Positions 1-6,742 of a stretch of DNA of 10,352 bases are shown here, piece after piece. The DNA comes from Candidatus Thorarchaeota archaeon. GTDB lineage: Archaea > Asgardarchaeota > Thorarchaeia > Thorarchaeales > Thorarchaeaceae. The position numbers and the translations under genes were made by a program. The stretch covers positions 1-10,352 of the forward strand of contig JAWOEX010000003.1 in assembly GCA_046482545.1 (NCBI GenBank). The letters are read 5' to 3'. The notes beneath the pieces were generated by a model that saw only the letters and a program-made list of their open reading frames with translations, was not told the DNA's origin and did not search any database. Each line of letters begins with the position of its first letter. Within the stretch, counting starts at the first letter, position 1.

Positions 1-2
1 CC

Positions 3-317
3 CCGTGTTCAATGAAAACCCTTGCAGGAATCGCCAGCGGATATGCCGAAAATCTGATTCTCCGGGCTGCCGATTGCAGCTTGAAGGAGGGAAGGCGCTT
101 ACTTCTTGTTCCTCGTGAAGCTCCGTACAATCTCGTTCACATAGAGAATATGAGCAAAGCCACAAGGGCTGGAGCATTGATAGTACCTGCAAGTCCTGCA
201 TTTTGGCATAAGCCGAATACAATCGAAGATCTTGTCGATTCTATAGTGAGTCGAGTCCTAGTCCATTTAGGAATTAACGTGAATTCAAAAATCGAATGGA
301 GTGGAATGCCCGATTAA
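3..317 (+). CDS. ubiX: Flavin prenyltransferase UbiX/PAD1 family, 5'-truncated by the window edge
   Basis: The frame is open from nt 3 and reads PCSMKTLAGIASGYAENLILRAAD..LKEGRRLLLVPREAP..HIENM..PASPAF, the hallmark UbiX C-terminal half. The ATG at 12 is the internal Met of PCSM, not the start. Confidence 0.95.
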   Translation, partial: PCSMKTLAGIASGYAENLILRAADCSLKEGRRLLLVPREAPYNLVHIENMSKATRAGALIVPASPAFWHKPNTIEDLVDSIVSRVLVHLGINVNSKIEWSGMPD

Positions 318-338
318 AGACAGGAGAAAGAGGTAGAG

Positions 339-373
339 AGGGTTGGAAGAACAGTACAATTCTTCCAAACCCT
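339..373. terminator. Inverted repeat between convergent genes, putative terminator
   Basis: AGGGTTGGAAGAA (339-351), 8-nt loop, TTCTTCCAAACCCT (360-373): a 13-bp stem with one bulged A. On the minus strand it is followed by a pyrimidine-rich tract (reverse complement of 316-338). Confidence 0.6.
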
Positions 374-413
374 AAATATTCAGTCCTTATGCATAGAAAT
401 CTTTAGCTGATAT

Positions 414-1013
414 CTATTGGAACTGATTCTCTGTGGTTGTTTCCTCGGGTTCCTCTACTTCCTCTACTTCCTCTGCTTCCTCTGGTTCCTCTGCTTCCTC
501 TGGTTCCTCTGCTTCTTCTGGTTCTTCTGCTTCCTCTGGTTCCTTTGCTTCTTCTGGTTCTTCTGCTTCCTCTGGTTCCTTTGCTTCCTCTTTGGCGGCT
601 TTGAACTTCTTTAACGTTTCACCAAGGATTTCTTCACCATGCTGAACAGCCAATGGGAGGACGAAGAAGAGTATAAGCACGTTTCCAGCTATCAAGAGTA
701 GGGGAGCCAGCAGGCGAATAATGGGAATCCACCCGATGAAGCTAGCCACAATGCGAATCACTACACCAGCGATTACACCAGGCCATGCGGTAGCAGCAGG
801 TCGCTTCAATGCACTAATGGCTGTCGTAAAGCATGTAGCTGCGAATCCTACCGTCGCAATTATTGGCCCTATGATTGGGATGTACGATCCAACGAGCCAT
901 ACGGCTGCACTAATAAGAATGTAAAGGAAATGTGGATCTGACTGTAAACTTTCCATGAATCCTGCGTTGTCATTATTTGCCATTCGTCTTACACCAATCT
1001 TGATTTTTTTCAT
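414..1013 (-). CDS. Hypothetical membrane protein (~4 TM helices) with acidic tandem-repeat C-terminal tail
   Basis: Four hydrophobic segments followed by (EEAEEP)-type repeats. The true start may be the ATG at 983 (MANND), which is preceded by GGTG with an AT-rich TATA-like stretch at about 1005-1030. Confidence 0.8.
   Translation of the reverse strand: MKKIKIGVRRMANNDNAGFMESLQSDPHFLYILISAAVWLVGSYIPIIGPIIATVGFAATCFTTAISALKRPAATAWPGVIAGVVIRIVASFIGWIPIIRLLAPLLLIAGNVLILFFVLPLAVQHGEEILGETLKKFKAAKEEAKEPEEAEEPEEAKEPEEAEEPEEAEEPEEAEEPEEAEEVEEVEEPEETTTENQFQ
447..590 (-). repeat. In-frame tandem repeat, 8 x 18 bp (9-bp sub-period), encoding EE(A/V)(E/K)E(P/V)
   Basis: Plus-strand unit is approximately TTCCTCTGCTTCCTCTGG. 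Protein reads EEAKEP EEAEEP EEAKEP EEAEEP EEAEEP EEAEEP EEAEEV EEVEEP. Confidence 0.95.
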
Positions 1014-1058
1014 TTATCTTTTAATAGTTATGCGCTTGTATCAGGACCAGAAAGCTGA

Positions 1059-2327
1059 CTATGGTCCAATACTCTCAAGTAGCTCATCAGCTGCTTTCCT
1101 AACACGTGAGCGGTAGCCTCTTGTTGTGTACACTCTGACAGATTTCGCCAGTCTACGGAAACTACGAGCAATCATACTCATGTCAGTCACAGCCCAGAAA
1201 TCGTATCCTCGCGAGCCTCTTTCGTAGAGCACAAGATTATCCAAGTCTATTCGTCCAGGATAGTGACAGACCGAAATCCGGCTCGGATAATCGAGATACA
1301 CGTTTCTTGGTGCAATATCTGCAGCTTCAGCTATTTCTGTCTCAATGGCGAATCGTCCATCATGTGTATCGATTTTATCTAGAAAGTCCACATTCGAAAT
1401 TGCCCGCTCGCTTGCCAGTTTGATGAGGTACCTTCTACTATAGTCTGAGAATAGATTGTTAGCCCTTTCAAAGGATTTGGAAGCATTGGCTGGAGGATGT
1501 AGAAGAATATAACGAAGAGACAGGTCATCTAACCTAAGAAAGCCAACCAAATCGTCACGTGGAGATTCGAAAATCTCTCCACCAGCTAAATCTAGGATTC
1601 TGAGAAGCATAAGCTCAGCTGCACGGACTGTCTTATGGTAATAGACTGCATCAAACATATTTGCTCCCGCAGACAAGTAAGATTCTAGTGTATAGAGGGC
1701 TCCACGTTCGATTGCGAGCTTGTTCTTGGCTATACGAGCTGCTGAGAACAAACGCTGCAGTTCAATCTGGGCATACTCGACACCAGCAAAATAGGAATCA
1801 CGCTCCAACCGATCGATTAGCTCTGGATTTATTGGGCAGGTTTCTAGGTTGAGATGAAGGCCTTTTATCGGAACACCCTCACTCAACCACTGGACAGCTT
1901 CTTTTGGTGAATATCCATGCTCTTCTAAAACGTCACCCAACCTGGACTTCGTTATAGTGAGCTCAGCCATCCGCACACGGTCAATACCGCGTGTGGAAAG
2001 GTATTCATCCATTACATTGGACCAAGGGCCACAAGACACACTATGAAGAATCGAGGCAATCCGTGCTTTCCGGATGTCTTCTGAATCGGCTCCTAAGTAA
2101 TCAAAAAGAAGACCGGTTACATGTAGAGTACCTAGCATACTGCTCATCGAAGAAGTGACAGCCCCGGGATAGACAAGATTAGTGCTTGCCGGCCGTCTGA
2201 TATTTCTCAGTCGCTGAGTCATCCTCAGATCTAGGATTGATTTTTCCGCCTGAGAAAGACCGATGTAGCCATGTATCGGGTCTTTAATTTCCAAGACCTT
2301 GGGAAAGTTGTTCATAGGCACTTTCAT
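1059..2327 (-). CDS. SAMHD1-like HD-superfamily (dNTP triphosphohydrolase-fold) protein with degenerate active site
   Basis: Family motifs IKDPIHGYI, QRLRNI, LVYPGA, GPWS, RDSYFAGV and VYYHKTVRAAELML are present. HxRFEH reads TSSMSS and HDIGH reads HSVSC. AGGGTGA RBS lies directly upstream of the ATG. The ORF is intact at 422 aa. Confidence 0.88.
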   Translation of the reverse strand: MKVPMNNFPKVLEIKDPIHGYIGLSQAEKSILDLRMTQRLRNIRRPASTNLVYPGAVTSSMSSMLGTLHVTGLLFDYLGADSEDIRKARIASILHSVSCGPWSNVMDEYLSTRGIDRVRMAELTITKSRLGDVLEEHGYSPKEAVQWLSEGVPIKGLHLNLETCPINPELIDRLERDSYFAGVEYAQIELQRLFSAARIAKNKLAIERGALYTLESYLSAGANMFDAVYYHKTVRAAELMLLRILDLAGGEIFESPRDDLVGFLRLDDLSLRYILLHPPANASKSFERANNLFSDYSRRYLIKLASERAISNVDFLDKIDTHDGRFAIETEIAEAADIAPRNVYLDYPSRISVCHYPGRIDLDNLVLYERGSRGYDFWAVTDMSMIARSFRRLAKSVRVYTTRGYRSRVRKAADELLESIGP

Positions 2328-2408
2328 GTCACCCTAACACAGTCTATTGTAGAATCATCATCACTCAAATAACTATTTGTTAGGCCGAAATCATTTCAGT
2401 TGGATTAC

Positions 2409-2420
2409 AAAAAGAAAGAG
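2409..2420 (-). terminator. Oligo-pyrimidine/T-tract, putative archaeal terminator of the oxidoreductase operon
   Basis: Minus strand reads CTCTTTCTTTTT about 15 nt after the beta-subunit stop codon. Confidence 0.5.
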
Positions 2421-2434
2421 GGGGAGGAATCCCA

Positions 2435-3349
2435 CTACGTCATAGTACGCAGTAGGATATCCCAGCGATGCTGGACATAACTCTGGAATTCTTGGATTTT
2501 CTTCTCGTCCCGTTCAGGCTTGAACATTCTCGAGAAGCGGCCTTGGGGCTTGAGGAATTCCTCGATTGGCTTCCTATTGTCAGGGTCTTGATATCGCTTG
2601 CTCATTCGATTAATTTCGAAGTCTTCACCAACTCGCTCCCACTGAATCCAGTAACCAGTTTCAACAGCAAGTTTGCCAATTTTAACGCCCATAGCGACAG
2701 GATAATTCCACGCCTGAGGACAGGGCACGAATATATGGATAAACTTCGGCCCTTCGATATCCTTAGCCTTCTTGAACTTCTCATACAAATCTCGTGGGTA
2801 CGAAGTGTTGGCGGTTGCTTGGTATGCTGGTTCGTGGGCCGCCACAACAAGGTCTAGCATTTTCTCAGGTTCAGTCTTGCCAAACCAAGTGGTTGTGGTC
2901 TGAGCGTATAGCGGTGTAGCGCCAGATCGTTGCGTTCCTGTGTTGCTGTAAACCTGGTTGTTGTAGCAGACATACAGGAAGTCTGTCCGTCGTTCAAACG
3001 CACCGCTCAAAGCTTGGATACCAATGTCGAAAGTACCTCCGTCTCCAGCCCATACCATGACAGTAGTATCTTCATCACCTTTTGCTCGCAAGGCTGCTTT
3101 GACACCCGAAGCCCCCGCGGCGGCTGCTGGAAAGGCTATGTTGAGAGTTGGAAAATCAAAACCAGTATTGGGCCACAAGCCCTGTACTACGCTCGTGCAG
3201 CAAGCTGGAACAACTTGTATCACTTTGCCCTCCAATGCCTTGTGAGCATGTCTCAGTGCCACCATATCTTGGCAGCCAGCACATGCAGCATTTCCCTTCT
3301 CGATGTATTCCTTTAGTGGCATATCTTTAATCGCTACCATTTTGTTCAC
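2435..3349 (-). CDS. porB: 2-oxoacid:ferredoxin oxidoreductase beta subunit (TPP-binding; POR/VOR family, VorB-like)
   Basis: ACAGC, PACC and PCP cluster cysteines; GDGGTFDIG..YNNQVYSNTGTQRS TPP/Mg motif. The start is probably the ATG at 3340, downstream of GAGGTGA. Confidence 0.93.
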   Translation of the reverse strand: MNKMVAIKDMPLKEYIEKGNAACAGCQDMVALRHAHKALEGKVIQVVPACCTSVVQGLWPNTGFDFPTLNIAFPAAAAGASGVKAALRAKGDEDTTVMVWAGDGGTFDIGIQALSGAFERRTDFLYVCYNNQVYSNTGTQRSGATPLYAQTTTTWFGKTEPEKMLDLVVAAHEPAYQATANTSYPRDLYEKFKKAKDIEGPKFIHIFVPCPQAWNYPVAMGVKIGKLAVETGYWIQWERVGEDFEINRMSKRYQDPDNRKPIEEFLKPQGRFSRMFKPERDEKKIQEFQSYVQHRWDILLRTMT

Positions 3350-4521
3350 CTCAAATCATGCCAGGTTTCTTCATCACCGATTTCGCCTGCTTCAACAGCC
3401 TTCACGGTGTCAATAACAATTTCCTTGATATCCTCAATAGTCACATCTCTTCCGCCCAAGCCACCAATGTAGCTTTTCACCATCGGGCGATATTCTGTGT
3501 TGTAAATAGATGCACGGATATCGTTCGCCACGGGTCCTCCAAAACCATATGACACAGCTCTATCAAAGGAAGCGAAGCCCTTGACTCTGCTTGCCAGTTC
3601 CCGTATTTCTTCGACAGGGAACGGCCGTACCATGCGCATACGAGCGTTGCCTACTTTGTAGCCTTCTTCCCGCAGTTCGTCTATGGCGTCTATTGCTTCC
3701 GAACCAATAGTGCCCTGTGAGGTGAAAACCACTTCGGCATCATCACACTTGTGAGTGGCTATTGGGCCACCAAAATTCTTACCAAAGAGTTTCTCGTACT
3801 CCTCTTCTACCTCTTTATACACCGCGGCGGCATTCTTCGTGCCCTCATGCATCCCATAACGGAATTCTTGGTAATAGTCGGGAAATACGATATTTCCGTG
3901 GGATATTGGATTGTCAGGATCCATCACCCAGTGAGGAGGACTGTAAGATGGAAGGAATTCGTCAACCTCTTCCGGTTCGAGATAATCGTACGGGGCCAAA
4001 GTATGGCTCAACACGAAAGCATCACCATTGACCATAACCGGCATAAGCACCCTTTCATCCTCTGCTAGCTTGAAGGCTTGGATGATTGTGTGATAGTACT
4101 CGTCAACGGATGCAACGTGGAACTGAATCCATCCAGTATCACGCTTGCTAAAGGCATCATCGTGAGTTGCATGGATATTCCAAGAGGGAGAAACAGATCT
4201 GTTAATGTTCGCCAAGACAATGGGTAATCTAGCAGCCGCTGCCCAGTGAAGAGCTTCGTCCATCAAGAGCAATCCGTTTGAACCGGTGGCAGTAAAGGCA
4301 CGAGCCCCCGTCGCACTGGCCCCAATGCAAGCAAACATCGCTGAATGCTCTGATTCCACACGAATGAATTCACCCGGCCAGTCTCCTCGTTCATTGAGAA
4401 GCGCTATCTGTTCAGGAACTGTCGTTGCCGGTGTTATTGGATAAGCAGCAACAACTTCTACCCGCGCTGACATCACTGCCCTAGCAGCAGCATAGTTCGC
4501 GCTCATGATTTTGGTTTTCAC
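3346..4521 (-). CDS. porA: 2-oxoacid:ferredoxin oxidoreductase alpha subunit (POR/VOR family)
   Basis: YPITP, ESEHSA, GARAFTAT, RLPIV..NR, RDTGWIQ, DAFVLSHT, RPFP and GLGGRD motifs. The GTG start overlaps the delta TGA and has GGAGG upstream. Confidence 0.95.
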   Translation of the reverse strand: MKTKIMSANYAAARAVMSARVEVVAAYPITPATTVPEQIALLNERGDWPGEFIRVESEHSAMFACIGASATGARAFTATGSNGLLLMDEALHWAAAARLPIVLANINRSVSPSWNIHATHDDAFSKRDTGWIQFHVASVDEYYHTIIQAFKLAEDERVLMPVMVNGDAFVLSHTLAPYDYLEPEEVDEFLPSYSPPHWVMDPDNPISHGNIVFPDYYQEFRYGMHEGTKNAAAVYKEVEEEYEKLFGKNFGGPIATHKCDDAEVVFTSQGTIGSEAIDAIDELREEGYKVGNARMRMVRPFPVEEIRELASRVKGFASFDRAVSYGFGGPVANDIRASIYNTEYRPMVKSYIGGLGGRDVTIEDIKEIVIDTVKAVEAGEIGDEETWHDLR

Positions 4522-4841
4522 AGGTCAGCCTCCTCCAGTTCCATCTTTCGTTCCATCTCAATGCATTCTTTCGGACACACTTCAGCACATATGCCGCAGC
4601 CCTTGCAATATTCTAAGTCAATATGAGGGGTGCCATCCTCATCTAGAGTGATGCAAGCTTCTGGGCAGTAGAGCCAACATGTCCGACATTTGATGCACTC
4701 ATCATAATCAATGACAGGATCGAAAGTACGCCAGCTGCCGGTTTTCCCCATCGAGCCTTCCGTTGGCTCCGAATATGGAGACTTCGGCATATCGGCTCGG
4801 GTTTCGGGATTAGTATCTACCTCGTTCACCACAAGAAACAC
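4518..4841 (-). CDS. porD: 2-oxoacid:ferredoxin oxidoreductase delta subunit (2x[4Fe-4S])
   Basis: KTGSWRTFDPVID, CIKCRTCWLYCP and YCKGCGICAEVCP. The start codon is uncertain, with several GTG/ATG options between 4841 and 4790. Confidence 0.93.
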   Translation of the reverse strand: MFLVVNEVDTNPETRADMPKSPYSEPTEGSMGKTGSWRTFDPVIDYDECIKCRTCWLYCPEACITLDEDGTPHIDLEYCKGCGICAEVCPKECIEMERKMELEEADL

Positions 4842-4991
4842 AACCGTTAGGAGCCCATTTGATTGACACCATCTCTCGCAGGATAATAATTCTTACGCTG
4901 TGACGGACAATATTCTTATGATGACCCTTTGTTCTTGTGATAACAATCTTGTGTATCCCACAGCTGGGACAACTTAGGTAATGGCTGGTAG
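4842..4991. promoter_or_regulatory. Divergent promoter region between the oxidoreductase operon and the nitrilase gene
   Basis: 150-nt gap between head-to-head genes with AT-rich boxes (ATAATAATT, AATATT), repeated TTCTT(A/G), TTGTT-N8-AACAA (4929-4946) and TCCCA-CAGC-TGGGA. Confidence 0.55.
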
Positions 4992-5825
4992 ATGAAAATG
5001 GAGTTCAGAGTCTCGCTCTTCCAGATGCCCTGCAAAGACGGTGACAGGAACCAAAATTTCGACTATGTCAGACAAATGCTTACTATCTACGAGCCCAGTG
5101 ATGTTCTTGACCTTATTTTACTTCCAGAGCTCTTTTCCATAGGTTTCGATTCCAGCCAGTACTCTAGACGGGGTGCTGGAGTTATGGGAAAGACCTCTGA
5201 ATTCATCGAGCGAGTCGCACTTGAGCAATCGGCTTATGTTGCTGGCACAGGCATCGAAAATGCGGATGAAGAAGGGAAATACTTCAATACGTTGGTACTG
5301 GCGTCTCCAGATGGAAAAACCATTGGAACATATCGCAAAATACATCCATTCCAAGCTGAAAAAGATGTGTTCGAGGGCGGAAATCACATGGTGATGTTTG
5401 ATTTGAGGGGGCTGAAAATAGGAGCACAAATCTGCTATGATGTCAGATTTCCTGAAATCAGTCGCAGGCTGGCACTTGAAGGTGCAGAGCTGCTTATCAT
5501 TCCAGCAGCCTTTCCAGACCCTAGGAGCGAGCATTGGGACAATCTTGTCCGTGCACGGGCAATCGAAAACCAACTTTACGTGGCTGCGGTGAATCGTGTC
5601 GGGCCATCCTTCGACAAGAAGACATACTTCGGCCACAGCCAAGTAGTAGATCCTTGGGGGCTCAGGCTCAATCGGTGTAACTCAGAACCTCAAATTGTTT
5701 CAAAGGTCTGTGATACCTCTTCAGTTAAAGCCGTAAGGAGAGAGATTACCTGCTATACAGACAGAGTAGAAGAGGCCTATGATTCTGTGAAATGGTACGG
5801 AGAAAACGGACAACACAAGCATTAA
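4992..5825 (+). CDS. Carbon-nitrogen hydrolase (nitrilase superfamily; omega-amidase/Nit/YafV-like)
   Basis: Glu-Lys-Cys triad in LPELF, YRKIHPF and ICYDVRFPE; also RARAIENQLYV and GHSQVVDPWG. Confidence 0.93.
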   Translation: MKMEFRVSLFQMPCKDGDRNQNFDYVRQMLTIYEPSDVLDLILLPELFSIGFDSSQYSRRGAGVMGKTSEFIERVALEQSAYVAGTGIENADEEGKYFNTLVLASPDGKTIGTYRKIHPFQAEKDVFEGGNHMVMFDLRGLKIGAQICYDVRFPEISRRLALEGAELLIIPAAFPDPRSEHWDNLVRARAIENQLYVAAVNRVGPSFDKKTYFGHSQVVDPWGLRLNRCNSEPQIVSKVCDTSSVKAVRREITCYTDRVEEAYDSVKWYGENGQHKH

Positions 5826-5867
5826 GTGAACAACTAAACCATCGTCAACTACATCGGAGATACAACA

Positions 5868-6380
5868 ATGAAAAGACCTACTGACGAAATCAAGAAGGCT
5901 GTACGTGATTGGTTCTCAAGAGAGGGTGTCAAGGTAGAGAGTATCAAGAACCCTCGTGCCGAATTCCTGTTCAAGGTCAAATTCCAACGGTTCTATTTCA
6001 CCGTCGTAAGACCCAATGATTCCAACTACCTCCAGGTTGAATCGCAGGTCATGATATCTCCCCAGCACTTGAAGAAACTGGATTCAGAGAAAATGCAGGA
6101 GTTTCAGATGGAGGCCATGAAATTCAGCTTTGGCAGTCGGGTCCGGTTAGGTTTTGTCAAGCCAAAGCCAGGGCAGAAAGGGAAACAACCTCCAGGGCCT
6201 GGATTTGTTGTCTCCGACCGCATATACGACGATTCGTTCAGTGATGACCGTTTGTGGGAGACTATGAGCGCTTTGCACGGGTCTGTTGAGATGGTTATTG
6301 CAATTCTGAATGAAATTACGGGACATTCAGGAATAAAACCTGAGCAGCCCGAAGATACGCAACCATCATACTACACCTAG
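5868..6380 (+). CDS. DUF2299-like archaeal protein with C-terminal HbYX-type motif (YYT)
   Basis: The pattern VRDWFSREG..F.F..ISPQH..RIYDDSFS resembles the archaeal DUF2299 family (recognised from memory, not searched). It lies 42 nt downstream of the nitrilase on the same strand. Confidence 0.7.
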   Translation: MKRPTDEIKKAVRDWFSREGVKVESIKNPRAEFLFKVKFQRFYFTVVRPNDSNYLQVESQVMISPQHLKKLDSEKMQEFQMEAMKFSFGSRVRLGFVKPKPGQKGKQPPGPGFVVSDRIYDDSFSDDRLWETMSALHGSVEMVIAILNEITGHSGIKPEQPEDTQPSYYT

Positions 6381-6742
6381 CTGGTTCGGATACGGAAAAA
6401 TGGAAGCCTCTTAATAGGTCGTTTCAGTCAGAACTAGACTAAGTCGTTTTTTCGAAGCGGCAGAGTTAGGATATGTTTAAGACTATGGCCTCCAAAGAGG
6501 TACCATACAGCACAACAGAGCAGAATCTTTACATCTTCCAGTACGGGTTCATGGTTTGGGTGAAACGGTGACAAAGCTGTATAGCCGAATGAATGATAAT
6601 GGCCCAAAGTTGTGAGAGACATACAAGGATCTCTGATAACTTAAGAATGACAAAAAGCAATGTGCGAACACCCGTTCCGTTTCGTAGTTAAATCATCTCA
6701 CCAAGGATTTCGGATTGATACTCGTCAGAAAAGGGATAGGCA

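Noticed and set aside
447-590. CRISPR-like periodicity
   Set aside because: The units are contiguous with no unique spacers and lie in frame within a CDS.
417-645. Plus-strand ORFs 417..614 (FLCFLW repeats) and 433..645 (SSASSG repeats)
   Set aside because: They are antisense shadows of the stop-free 18-bp tandem repeat in the minus-strand gene.
1059-2327. Calling the HD gene a pseudogene
   Set aside because: No frameshift or internal stop, the RBS is intact, and the substitutions concentrate on catalytic positions while structural motifs persist.
721-5642. Short ORFs overlapping the membrane, HD, oxidoreductase and nitrilase genes (721, 1661, 2468, 2602, 2930, 3024, 3148, 3358, 3751, 3762, 5118, 5173)
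   Set aside because: They lie almost entirely within well-supported genes, in antisense or alternate frames, and have no recognisable motifs.
6378-6437. Pyrrolysine-type readthrough of the TAG ending the DUF2299-like gene
   Set aside because: Another TAG follows within about 20 codons, the extension has no features, and no pyl genes are in view.
6434-6622. 62-aa minus-strand ORF in the long intergenic region
   Set aside because: No recognisable motif or clear RBS, and atypical composition. It cannot be supported, though it is not excluded.
6586-6640. Possible C/D-box sRNA or SECIS-like element (ATGAATGATAA...CTGA)
   Set aside because: No proper C'/D' pair or SECIS helix, and no in-frame UGA selenoprotein candidate in the adjacent genes.
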